Origin: Nostoc sp. DedSLP01
GTDB lineage: Bacteria > Cyanobacteriota > Cyanobacteriia > Cyanobacteriales > Nostocaceae
Assembly: GCA_034530875.2 (NCBI GenBank)
Contig: JAVRCJ020000005.1
Location: 160,001-224,000 of the forward strand
Direction of reading: 5' to 3'
DNA: 64,000 nt
Shown: piece after piece, positions 29,417 through 38,584 of the stretch
Position numbering within the stretch: position 1 is the stretch's first letter
How the letters are laid out: every line of letters starts with the position of its first letter
Program-made: the position numbers and the translations under genes
Notes under the pieces: generated by a model
Database searches by the model: none
What the model was told of the DNA's origin: nothing
Seen by the model: only the letters and a program-made list of their open reading frames with translations

Positions 29417-31075
29417 ATGACTGAAGCACAACAACCAGAAAATAAAGGTCAGCAGACACGTACTGTAGCAGAGTTGGTAGAGTATATCCAAGTTCTTACC
29501 ACTGAAATTCAAGAATTGTATTGTTTAGATGCGATACCTTGGGTTGTTGGTTATTCGGGCGGCAAGGACAGCACGGCGACTTTACAGCTTGTTTGGAATG
29601 CAATACTGGGACTGCCACTAGAAAAGCGAACTAAGCCAATTCATGTCATTACAACTGATACAGGTGTAGAAAATCCTTATGTAGCTGCTTGGGTACGCAA
29701 CTCATTAGAGCAAATGAAAATAGCAGCTCAAGACCAAAAGATGCCAGTGGAACCGCATTTATTACAACCAGAGATTAAACAAACATACTGGGTGGGTTTA
29801 ATTGGGAAAGGCTACCCAGCACCACGTCATAAATTCCGTTGGTGTACTGGACGATTAAAAATTGACCCATCTAACCTTTTTATTCGTAATGTTATTAGAG
29901 CTAGCGGCGAAACAATTGTTTTATTAGGAACTCGCAAAACTGAAAGTGTCAATCGTGCTACTATCATGTCAAAACGTGAAGTAGGTAGAGTGCGGGAGCG
30001 TCTTAGCCCTCATCCCAGCCTTGTTAACTCATTGCTTTATACTCCTATAGAAGATTGGCGAACTGATGAAGTTTGGCTGTATTTAATGCAATGGAATAAT
30101 CCTTGGGAATATAGCAATAAAGATTTATTTGCTATGTATCGAGGTGCAACAGCAGATAATGAATGTCCTTTAGTTGTTGATACTTCTACCCCTAGTTGTG
30201 GTAGCTCTCGTTTTGGATGCTGGGTCTGCACACTAGTTAATAGTGATAGGTCTATGCAAGCGATGATTCAAAATGATGAGGAAAAAGAATGGCTACAACC
30301 TTTAATTGATATTCGTTTAGAGGAATTAGATATTGATAACGACCGTGAGAAACGAGACTTCCGCCGCATTTGGGGAGAAGTCCAACTATTTGAGCGTAAC
30401 TTGGATGGAGAAATTTCTATTGAACCAATACCAGGCCCTTACGTTAAATCTTGGCGCGAACATTTATTAAGACGACTTTTAGAAGCGCAAACAAAAATTC
30501 GTCAAACAGCACCAGAAAATATGCGCGATATTAACCTTATCTCTCTGGAAGAATTGAGCGAAATTCGCCGTATTTGGTTAGAAGAAAAACACGAGTTTGA
30601 CGATAGCTTACCCCGCATTTATCAAGAGGTCACAGGTGAAGAATTTAAAGACCCACGTCCAGGTGCAGACCTTAGCTTATTAGGTAGCGATGAATGGGCT
30701 GTGTTAGAAGAAGTCTGTGCAGATGATGAAATGCATTTAGAACTGATGGCGAAACTGTTAGACACAGAACGCCAATTTCGGAAAATGTCGCGTCGTATAG
30801 GAATTTACGAAAGCTTGGAAAAATGCTTTACTACCAGTTCTCGTTCTAAAGATGAAGCAGTGAGAAATGCTCATCTAAAACGAGATTTGAAAACAGCAGT
30901 TGAACAAGGTGATATTGAAAAAGTCAAACAATTAACTTTAGCAGATTTTGTTGCACCAGAGGAACAAACAACTACACCAGATACACAAATTGAGACAACA
31001 AATACTACAAAATCTGCTGACAATGACAAGACTTGGGCAAATGTGAAATTTAAAAATAAACAGGCAAAGCCTTAA
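29417..31075 (+). CDS. dndC: DNA phosphorothioation sulfurtransferase DndC
   Basis: GYSGGKDS PP-loop, GKGYPAP, RWCT, ECPLVVD...CGSSRFGCWVC. Confidence 0.95.
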   Translation: MTEAQQPENKGQQTRTVAELVEYIQVLTTEIQELYCLDAIPWVVGYSGGKDSTATLQLVWNAILGLPLEKRTKPIHVITTDTGVENPYVAAWVRNSLEQMKIAAQDQKMPVEPHLLQPEIKQTYWVGLIGKGYPAPRHKFRWCTGRLKIDPSNLFIRNVIRASGETIVLLGTRKTESVNRATIMSKREVGRVRERLSPHPSLVNSLLYTPIEDWRTDEVWLYLMQWNNPWEYSNKDLFAMYRGATADNECPLVVDTSTPSCGSSRFGCWVCTLVNSDRSMQAMIQNDEEKEWLQPLIDIRLEELDIDNDREKRDFRRIWGEVQLFERNLDGEISIEPIPGPYVKSWREHLLRRLLEAQTKIRQTAPENMRDINLISLEELSEIRRIWLEEKHEFDDSLPRIYQEVTGEEFKDPRPGADLSLLGSDEWAVLEEVCADDEMHLELMAKLLDTERQFRKMSRRIGIYESLEKCFTTSSRSKDEAVRNAHLKRDLKTAVEQGDIEKVKQLTLADFVAPEEQTTTPDTQIETTNTTKSADNDKTWANVKFKNKQAKP

Positions 31076-31317
31076 GCTTGCTCATTATCATCGTCAGCAT
31101 CTCCCAAGTACAGCCTGATAAAATCTTCGGCTGCGGCGGGATTAATTTTCTTGAGTGCGTCACGAATTTCTAACAGCGTATCAGCAACAGGATCTCTAAT
31201 TTCATTCACCCAACGGTGAACATTTGGCCGTCCCGTTCCCATTGCCACTGCTAACTTGTTTTGGCTGATGCTGTATGTTTCTAACACCTGTTTGAGTGCT
31301 TTTCCTGCTTTTCCCAT
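31072..31317 (-). CDS. XRE-family HTH regulator
   Basis: LKQVLETYSISQNKLAVAMGTGRPNVHRWVNEIRDP; start reassigned to ATG at 31317. Confidence 0.85.
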   Translation of the reverse strand: MGKAGKALKQVLETYSISQNKLAVAMGTGRPNVHRWVNEIRDPVADTLLEIRDALKKINPAAAEDFIRLYLGDADDDNEQA

Positions 31318-31354
31318 GCCTTTGATTGTGTCAAAGGCTTCTGACAGAGTAAAT

Positions 31355-31407
31355 GTTACCCATCGGTAACTAAAGGTGTAAGATAGTGTTGTTGCCAATA
31401 GGTAACA
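31355..31407. promoter_or_regulatory. Tandem palindromic operators GTTRCC-N4-GGTAAC
   Basis: GTTACC-CATC-GGTAAC (31355-31370) and GTTGCC-AATA-GGTAAC (31391-31406) between divergent genes. Confidence 0.65.
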
Positions 31408-31438
31408 GCGCAGCTTATCAACAAACAGGTAAATTTCA

Positions 31439-31693
31439 ATGAGTACAAGCTTTCTAGCAGACACTTGTCAAACCACCACGCCGCTTGTTTCCATCAAGGA
31501 TTTTACAGAAACAACACCAGATAGAGAGTCTGTAAAAGTAGTAATTTATGGTTCTAAAAGAGGAGTTAACAACACAATCTTGACTTTATACAAACTTGGT
31601 TTCGCCCAAGTTAACGAGTGGAGTCCTTTATTACCTAGTTCTAACCCTGGTGAAGTTATGAGTATTTTAACTAGACACATTCTGACAAACTAA
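31439..31693 (+). CDS. Small hypothetical protein divergent from XRE gene
   Basis: 84-aa ORF with protein-like composition (LYKLGFAQVNEWSPLLP...GEVMSIL). Confidence 0.7.
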   Translation: MSTSFLADTCQTTTPLVSIKDFTETTPDRESVKVVIYGSKRGVNNTILTLYKLGFAQVNEWSPLLPSSNPGEVMSILTRHILTN

Positions 31694-31734
31694 TTAGTGG
31701 TTCATCGCATTAATTTTAAGAAGTGGGAGTGGTC

Positions 31735-31767
31735 AGATCCCTGACTTGTTGAAGAAGTCGGGGATCT
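31735..31767. repeat. Palindromic small dispersed repeat
   Basis: AGATCCCTGACTTGTT-G-AAGAAGTCGGGGATCT near-perfect hairpin. Confidence 0.75.
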
Positions 31768-31806
31768 CGTAGCCCATCTCGACCTATATTTCATCTATAA
31801 CGACCA

Positions 31807-33792
31807 ATGATATTTCTAGAACTCGTATTACAAAATTTTGGCCCTTACTCAGGCAGACAAGTAATCAATCTTGACCCAAGAACTGAAGAAAATCCTCGCC
31901 CAATTCTCTTATTAGGCGGTATGAATGGCGGCGGTAAAACTACTCTCATGGATGCTATTCGTCTTGCCCTATATGGACAACGCGCCCAATGCTCAACGCG
32001 TGGAAATTTGAGCTATAGTGATTTTTTAAATCAATGTGTTAATAGTAAAGCTAATCCTGCTGAAAAGACGCGAGTTGAGTTACTATTTGAACACATTGAA
32101 GAGGATAAGCCAATAAAATATCGTATTGTTAGAACTTGGGAAAAAAATCCTAAAGATGGTAAAGATGCTCTAGGAATTTTAGGCGATGACGATACTTGGC
32201 CTGTTGAATCTTTGGTGAATACTTGGGATGACTATATAGAAAATCTACTGCCTTTAGGGATTTCTAATTTATTTTTATTTGATGGCGAACAAGTTAAAGA
32301 ATTGGCAGAACAAGAAACACCACCACAACTTGTTATTGAAGCTATTCGCGGACTATTAGGGCTAGAGTTGGCAGACAAATTAGCACTTGATTTGGAGGTT
32401 TTAGTCAACCGCAAGCGTAGAGAAATGGCTGATACTAAAGATTTAGCCAACCTAGAAGAAATTGAAAAAAGGTTATTACAACAGCAAGAAGATTATCAAG
32501 AGGTAGAACAAAAATTAGTTAGTTTCAAAAATCAAATTGAAGAATTAGAGGCTATTCAACGAGAAGCCTTAGATAAATTTGTATCTGAAGGTGGTAAAAT
32601 CGCTGGAGAACGCAGTCAGTTAGAAGAAAAACAAAAAGAAAAAACTACTGCATTAGAAACAATTCGGCAGTCGTTGTGTGAATTAGCTGCTGATATTTTG
32701 CCTTTAGCCTTAATTCCTAATTTATTAAGTCAGGTAGAAGTACAGGGAGCAAATGAATTTCGCAATCAGCAGGTGCAACTTGCCAGAGATGTTTTGCTTG
32801 AGCGAGATAAACGCTTACTTGAATGGCTAAGTCAGTTAGCGATCGCCTCAACACAAATGGACAAAATTCAATCATTTTTAGCTGAGGATGTTGATAATTT
32901 ATATGCAAGTTCGCTCCAAGCTGAAGTACCTTGGTTATTAGCTGACGAGGAAAGTTTGAGTCAACTAGATAATGTGAGATATCATTTACAAAATGCTCGT
33001 AATTTAGCAAAACAGCAGTTAGGTAATCTCAGGAATCTAGAAGAGGAAATTATTACGTTAGAAAGACAAGTGCAGACAGCCGCAGAACCAGAAGCTTATC
33101 AAATATTGCGGGATGCTGTGGACGCAGCACAAAATGAAGTTGTACAAGCTAAAGCAAATTACGAAACAACTCGCCAAAGATTAGCAGTATTAACAGATGC
33201 AATTGATATAACTAAAAAAGAATTAAAAGATTATACTGATAAAAATATAGACCATAAAAATAGGGAACATATCATTACCTCAGCCTCTAAAGTTCAAGAA
33301 ACACTTAAGGTTTTTCGAGAAAAATTAACACTGCGAAAACTCAATAAATTAGAGGAAGAAGTGAAGAATTGTTTCCTCTATCTACTGCATAAATCGGATT
33401 TAGTATTTCGTATTGCTATTGATACTAAAACCTTTGCCTTATCTTTATTCGATTTCGATGGGAAACCAGTTCCCAAACATCGCCTTTCGGCTGGTGAAAA
33501 ACAACTTCTGGCGATCGCCTTTCTCTGGGGACTTGCCAAAGTCTCTGGCCTGCGCTTACCCGTAGCCATCGACACGCCTCTTGGCAGACTCGACTCTTCC
33601 CACCGGAACAACCTAGTAGAAAAATACTTCCCTGCCGCTAGCCATCAAGTAATTCTGCTTTCTACTGATACTGAAATTGGTAAAAAGGAAGTGGAAACAT
33701 TAAGGAAAAATGAAGCGATCGCTCGTGAATATCTCCTCAAATACGACTCCGCTACCCGCCAAACAACTATACAAGCAGGCTATTTTTGGTAA
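31807..33792 (+). CDS. dndD: DNA sulfur modification ATPase DndD
   Basis: GGMNGGGKTT, LFLFDGEQ, LSAGEKQ, IDTPLGRLDSSHR, ILLSTDTEI. Confidence 0.95.
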   Translation: MIFLELVLQNFGPYSGRQVINLDPRTEENPRPILLLGGMNGGGKTTLMDAIRLALYGQRAQCSTRGNLSYSDFLNQCVNSKANPAEKTRVELLFEHIEEDKPIKYRIVRTWEKNPKDGKDALGILGDDDTWPVESLVNTWDDYIENLLPLGISNLFLFDGEQVKELAEQETPPQLVIEAIRGLLGLELADKLALDLEVLVNRKRREMADTKDLANLEEIEKRLLQQQEDYQEVEQKLVSFKNQIEELEAIQREALDKFVSEGGKIAGERSQLEEKQKEKTTALETIRQSLCELAADILPLALIPNLLSQVEVQGANEFRNQQVQLARDVLLERDKRLLEWLSQLAIASTQMDKIQSFLAEDVDNLYASSLQAEVPWLLADEESLSQLDNVRYHLQNARNLAKQQLGNLRNLEEEIITLERQVQTAAEPEAYQILRDAVDAAQNEVVQAKANYETTRQRLAVLTDAIDITKKELKDYTDKNIDHKNREHIITSASKVQETLKVFREKLTLRKLNKLEEEVKNCFLYLLHKSDLVFRIAIDTKTFALSLFDFDGKPVPKHRLSAGEKQLLAIAFLWGLAKVSGLRLPVAIDTPLGRLDSSHRNNLVEKYFPAASHQVILLSTDTEIGKKEVETLRKNEAIAREYLLKYDSATRQTTIQAGYFW

Positions 33793-33823
33793 TTCGTAAT
33801 TCGTAATTCGTAATTCGTAATTA
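33790..33823. repeat. Left heptamer arm (TAATTCG)4 TAATTA
   Basis: First unit contains the dndD TAA; last partial unit contains the antisense gene stop. Confidence 0.95.
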
Positions 33824-34177
33824 TTTGGCTTTGAGTCGTTTGGTGGAAGCAACTAGAATTTTGCCAATTTCGTTTGCTTCTTGAAGGAGTCCTTGAAATT
33901 TGTGTCTATCTACTAGTTCGGATTCCATTAATATTTCTAACCAGTATTGTGTTTCTCTTGCTTCTTTTAAAGCAATTTCTAATTTATTGATAAAATCTTT
34001 ACTAGATTGGGCAGACTGTGATTCTCGGACATTTGCACCAATCGAAGTACCGGAACGCAGTAATTGTTTAGACAGGATTCGATGAACTCCAGGTTTTTCA
34101 TCTAAAAAGCAACAAGCTTTAACAATTCTTACCGCAAAATTTTTTGTTCTGTCAGTAATACTACTATTAGTTCCCAT
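33821..34177 (-). CDS. Four-helix bundle protein (23S rRNA IVS protein / Avd-like family)
   Basis: KQLLRSGTSIGANVRE...DFINKLEIALKEARETQYWL family motif. Confidence 0.9.
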   Translation of the reverse strand: MGTNSSITDRTKNFAVRIVKACCFLDEKPGVHRILSKQLLRSGTSIGANVRESQSAQSSKDFINKLEIALKEARETQYWLEILMESELVDRHKFQGLLQEANEIGKILVASTKRLKAK

Positions 34178-34247
34178 ATTTTTCTTTTAAATCATAATAT
34201 CTATGCTTCCCACATCTAAAACAAAAACTAGAATCTCAGCCTAAACC

Positions 34248-34294
34248 AATTACGAATCACGAATTACAAATTACGAATTACGAATTACGAATTA
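34248..34294. repeat. Right heptamer arm (AATTACG)6 AATTA, inverse complement of the left arm
   Basis: Six units (two variant); ends 1 nt before the dndE ATG. Confidence 0.95.
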
Positions 34295-34295
34295 T

Positions 34296-34682
34296 ATGGA
34301 ATCGCCAATCGAAAGAATAAAACTTTCCCAAACAGCCAAAGACCAACTTCTCAAACTCAGACGCACTACCAAAATAGACCAATGGAATATCCTCTGTCGT
34401 TGGGCATTTTGTCGTTCCCTCGCAGAACCAACTCCACCCTCGCCCGTACCAATTCCCCAAGATAGCAACGTCGAAATGACTTGGCGCGTCTTTGGCGGCG
34501 AAATGTCCGATATTCTCCTCCTCGCCCTCAAACAACGCTGTCACAATGACGGCTATGACACTGACAAAGAAACCCTCGCCACCCAATTCCGCCTGCATTT
34601 GCATCGCGGTATCGGGTACTTAGCAGGCGATCAAAATATCAAGAAAATTGAAGATTTAATAGAACTAGCTATCAAAGATTGA
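34296..34682 (+). CDS. dndE: DNA sulfur modification protein DndE
   Basis: IKLSQTAKDQLLKL...WNILCRWAFCRSL...FRLHLHRGIGYL; follows dndD. Confidence 0.93.
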   Translation: MESPIERIKLSQTAKDQLLKLRRTTKIDQWNILCRWAFCRSLAEPTPPSPVPIPQDSNVEMTWRVFGGEMSDILLLALKQRCHNDGYDTDKETLATQFRLHLHRGIGYLAGDQNIKKIEDLIELAIKD

Positions 34683-34685
34683 AAG

Positions 34686-34880
34686 GATATTAGTTAACTG
34701 TTAACCGTGCCAATTTTAGATTTTAGATTTTAGATTATTTCAGTTCATGCCCTGCCCTTTGTGGGCAGAACAATCCAAAATCCAAAATTTAAAATCCTCA
34801 AACCCACACCCAGAGTGGTCTGCTTCAATCCAAAATCCAAAATTTAAAATCCAAAATCGATTGACTGTTAACTGATATTA
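34686..34880. repeat. Nested inverted-repeat spacer flanked by direct repeat GATATTA
   Basis: Outer arms 34687-34704 and 34861-34878; inner (TTTTAGA)n and (AAAATCC)n arms; GATATTA at 34686 and 34874. Confidence 0.8.
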
Positions 34881-36337
34881 TGCCTGAAGCATTAGAAATC
34901 GATCGCCATCGAGCTGCGATCGCTCGCAATGATATCTCCCGCCCCGTGCGATTGGCAATAGAATGGGCAATTCTGCATCAAGACACCACTTTTTTTGACT
35001 ACGGTTGCGGCTACGGTGGTGATGTGCAGCGAGTAGCAAACTTGGGCTACACCAGCGCAGGCTGGGATCCTTACTACTATCCTGATGTCCCACGCACTCC
35101 CGCCGATGTCGTCAATTTGGGCTACGTTCTCAACGTTATCGAAGATGCAGAGGAACGCCGTCAAAGCCTCATCCAAGCTTGGGAACTCACGCAGCAAGTT
35201 TTAATTGTCGCAGCTCAAGTTTTAGTTAATGCTCCCAGTAAAACTCAGGTGGCTTACAACGATGGCATTGTCACCCGTCGCAACACTTTTCAGAAATATT
35301 ACGAACAAGAAGAACTTAAAACATACATTGATGAAGTGCTCAATGTGGATGCGGTGCCCGTAGCGTTGGGTGTGTACTTTGTTTTTCGAGATGAAGCTCA
35401 AAAAGAAAGTTACAAAGCTATCCGCTTCTTTTCTACTTCTTCTACACCGCGAGTCCGTATTCCTACCAAGCGGTTTGAAGATTACCAAGAACAACTGCAA
35501 CCACTCATGGCTTTTTTTACCAAGCGCGGTAGGTTGCCTGTAAAAGGCGAATTGGAAAACGAACAAGAATTACTCAAGGAATTTGGTAACTTCCGCCGTG
35601 CCTTTGGCGTAGTTTTACAAGCTACCGATGAAGCAGAATGGGATGCGATCGCCTATCGTCGTTCTCTAGATATCCAAGTATATCTCGCCCTCACCCACTT
35701 CGATCGCCGCCCTGCATGGCAGAAGCTATCGCCCGAAATGCGCCACGACATCAAAGCCTTTTTTAGTAGCTACGAAGAAGCCTGCCAAGTCGCCGACCAA
35801 AAACTTTTCAGCTTAGGCAAAACTGGGGTGATTCAAACTGCTTGTGAAAAAAGCAAAATTGGTAAACGTACGCGCGGTGCCCTTTACGTGCATGTTTCGG
35901 CGCTTGCAGCACTCGATCCTTTGCTGCGAATTTACGAGGGCTGCGCTAGCCGCACTATTGGGCGTGTAGATGGAGCCACGTTGATAAAATATCACATTGA
36001 TAAACCGCAAATATCCTATCTTTTTTACCCAGAATTTGATACTGACCCCCATCCAGCTTTACAAGCAAGTATAGGTATTGACTTAAAAACCCTAGCTGTT
36101 ACTCACCGAGAATATGAAACTAGAGCAAATCCACCAATTTTGCACCGGAAAGAAACATTTGTTACTAGTACATACCCGCGTTACGAAGAATTTGTTAAAC
36201 TCACCCAACAAGAAGAGGAATTAGGATTGCTCAAAGGCAAAAGCGATATCGGCACTCGTGATGGTTGGGAAAAATGCCTTGCCGCACACAAAGTAGAAAT
36301 CAGAGGGCATGAGGTTTATTCAATTAAGGAAAATTAA
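34880..36337 (+). CDS. DNA phosphorothioation-associated putative methyltransferase
   Basis: DYGCGYGGD SAM motif, WDPYY, NLGYVLNVIE, TFQKYY, NPPILHRKE; follows dndE. Confidence 0.88.
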   Translation: MPEALEIDRHRAAIARNDISRPVRLAIEWAILHQDTTFFDYGCGYGGDVQRVANLGYTSAGWDPYYYPDVPRTPADVVNLGYVLNVIEDAEERRQSLIQAWELTQQVLIVAAQVLVNAPSKTQVAYNDGIVTRRNTFQKYYEQEELKTYIDEVLNVDAVPVALGVYFVFRDEAQKESYKAIRFFSTSSTPRVRIPTKRFEDYQEQLQPLMAFFTKRGRLPVKGELENEQELLKEFGNFRRAFGVVLQATDEAEWDAIAYRRSLDIQVYLALTHFDRRPAWQKLSPEMRHDIKAFFSSYEEACQVADQKLFSLGKTGVIQTACEKSKIGKRTRGALYVHVSALAALDPLLRIYEGCASRTIGRVDGATLIKYHIDKPQISYLFYPEFDTDPHPALQASIGIDLKTLAVTHREYETRANPPILHRKETFVTSTYPRYEEFVKLTQQEEELGLLKGKSDIGTRDGWEKCLAAHKVEIRGHEVYSIKEN

Positions 36338-36479
36338 GGAATAATCATACTGTTAGAACATTACTGATATGTATCTTAGTAAAGAAAATCTTAGTATGTT
36401 TGTCTGTTTACACGACATTAGACAGCAGCTATGGCAAGATAGCTGCTATTCAATCAGATAAAAAGGAATCTTCAAGATT

Positions 36480-37781
36480 GTGGAAGTTAATAAATCGCTG
36501 CTACGAATTTTTGGCAGCCCAAAGATGGGATTTTTGTTATTGCTTGGGTTTTCATCAGGGTTGCCATTGTATTTAACCAGCCAAACATTACAAGCATGGT
36601 TGACCAAAGAAGGAATTAGCTTGGCAGCGATCGCAGCTTTTAGTCTAGTAAAGCTACCCTATTCTTTGAAATTTCTCTGGTCGCCTTTACTAGATAGATT
36701 TGTACCGCCTTTTTTGGGACGCCGCCGTGGTTGGTTGTTAATTATACAAATAGCATTGCTGTTAAGTATAGCCGCAATGGCTCTAATTAAACCATCCCAA
36801 GGGCTACAACCTTTAATAGTTGCTGCCGTAGCCGTTGCTTTTTTTAGCGCCAGTCAAGACATTCTAGTTGATGCTTACCGTACTGATGTAGTGGAAGTAC
36901 AAGAAAGAGGTGCAGGAGCATCTATTTACTTATTGGGTTATCGCATTGCCATTTTAGTAACTGGTTACGTCAGCCTATTTTTGGCAGACAGAATGCCTTG
37001 GCAAGCTGTTTACTTGCTGATGTCGCTGTTGATGCTACTAGGCATAGTAAGTTCTATTTTTGCACCAGAACCAGTCCTACGCGATCGCCCGCCTCAGACT
37101 TTATCCGCTGCTGTTAAATTACCGTTCATTGAATTTTTTCAGCGTTATGGCTGGCTGCAAGCAATTTTAATTCTGATATTCATTATCATTTACAAGTTGG
37201 GGGATTCTTTACTCAAGAATGTATCCACTCCATTTTTGTTAGATAAAGGCTTACATTTCACTCAAACTGACATAGCATTTCCTGGCGCACTGGGAATTTT
37301 TGCCACTATTGTTGGTACCTTGGCAGCAGGAGCAATCATGACCAAAATTGGTGTTAATCGCTCGCTCTGGATCTTCGCTATCCTGCAAGCTGTCGGCAAC
37401 TTAGCTTTCTTTGCCTTGGCAGTAGTCGGTAAAAACTTCTATCTCATGTTAGCTGCCGTGAATATAGAACAATTCTGTGCTGGTTTAGAAACCGCTGCTT
37501 TTGTAGCATTTTTGATGAGTCTTTGTAACCAAAGCTTTTCAGCTACACAGTACGCCTTACTTTCTAGTTTGCAGGCTTTTAGTAGAGATATTCTTACGGC
37601 TCCAGCAGGTACATGGGCACAAGCCACTGGCTGGTCTACATTCTTCCTACTGACAGCAATAGCAGCTTTGCCGGGATTACTATTATTGCCATTCTTTGCC
37701 CCTTGGAATCAACAGCCAGTGGTAGTATTATCCAGACCAGGAATTGAGGACGAAGAAGAGGATATATGGGGAATCAAGTAG
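36480..37781 (+). CDS. ampG: AmpG-family muropeptide MFS permease
   Basis: LGFSSGLP, KFLWSPLLDR, GRRRGW, SASQDILVDAYR, ATQYALLSS. Confidence 0.9.
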   Translation: MEVNKSLLRIFGSPKMGFLLLLGFSSGLPLYLTSQTLQAWLTKEGISLAAIAAFSLVKLPYSLKFLWSPLLDRFVPPFLGRRRGWLLIIQIALLLSIAAMALIKPSQGLQPLIVAAVAVAFFSASQDILVDAYRTDVVEVQERGAGASIYLLGYRIAILVTGYVSLFLADRMPWQAVYLLMSLLMLLGIVSSIFAPEPVLRDRPPQTLSAAVKLPFIEFFQRYGWLQAILILIFIIIYKLGDSLLKNVSTPFLLDKGLHFTQTDIAFPGALGIFATIVGTLAAGAIMTKIGVNRSLWIFAILQAVGNLAFFALAVVGKNFYLMLAAVNIEQFCAGLETAAFVAFLMSLCNQSFSATQYALLSSLQAFSRDILTAPAGTWAQATGWSTFFLLTAIAALPGLLLLPFFAPWNQQPVVVLSRPGIEDEEEDIWGIK

Positions 37782-38185
37782 TTATTGCTGTCGGCACATT
37801 CATCCTCTTAGTTACTGGTTTATTACTGGGGTATGTTCTCTCGCAGTTAGTTCTAGGATTTCTCGCGTTTAACCTCCTAACTTTTTTTGGAACGCTCAGT
37901 CTAATTTTAATTTTTGGTACGCTTTATTACGTTTTATTTTGGCAATTGCGGAGACAACAGTCTCAGTCATCACCATCACTGAATCCCCCAATACCAAACC
38001 AACCACAAGAGGATATAGATGTATCTGATAGCTATCTCAAAAATAGGCTAATTGCGAGGTTATCCGGCGATACCGCCGCTGCTGAAAGGTTAATTGAACA
38101 AGCAAAAGAGACTTATCCTGGAATGCCCGAAAATTGGTATTGCGAGAGAGTACTTGATGACTTAGAGGGCGATGGGCAATCGTAG
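37766..38185 (+). CDS. Hypothetical membrane protein
   Basis: Two TM helices and a small soluble domain; overlaps the ampG end. Confidence 0.7.
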   Translation: MGNQVVIAVGTFILLVTGLLLGYVLSQLVLGFLAFNLLTFFGTLSLILIFGTLYYVLFWQLRRQQSQSSPSLNPPIPNQPQEDIDVSDSYLKNRLIARLSGDTAAAERLIEQAKETYPGMPENWYCERVLDDLEGDGQS

Positions 38186-38378
38186 CGATCGTGGGGCAGG
38201 GGAGATGGGGGGATGGGGAAGTGTGGGGAGTGTGGGGGGAAAGATTGCTTCCCCATCCTCCCACACCTACTCGCTTGCCCCATTCCCCATTGACAGAAAA
38301 TCGCTAAAATAAACAAGAATACTTTACAAATCTTCAGCTAGATTCTCATAAAAACTGTTAACTGTTTGCAATTAAAAT

Positions 38379-38567
38379 ATGGCTATTTTTCGTCAATACA
38401 TCGCTCCACTGCTTGTTGTTTTGGTATTTGTCTTTGCCCTAGTTGCTGTCAGCGCGCGCATCTTTTTACCCTCCGATATGGCAGCACCAGCACCAATTGA
38501 ACAGGTGGGCGTCAGTTCTCAATCTAATCCTGCTGATTTACTACCAGCACGTAACTCAGCTAGCTAA
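38379..38567 (+). CDS. Small hypothetical membrane protein
   Basis: Single TM helix, SARIFLPSDMAAPAP; upstream of and co-oriented with GNAT gene. Confidence 0.7.
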   Translation: MAIFRQYIAPLLVVLVFVFALVAVSARIFLPSDMAAPAPIEQVGVSSQSNPADLLPARNSAS

Positions 38568-38584
38568 GCCAATCAACTTTACAA

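Noticed and set aside
33821..34177. Diversity-generating retroelement
   Set aside because: Avd-like fold only; no reverse transcriptase or TR/VR pair seen in the window
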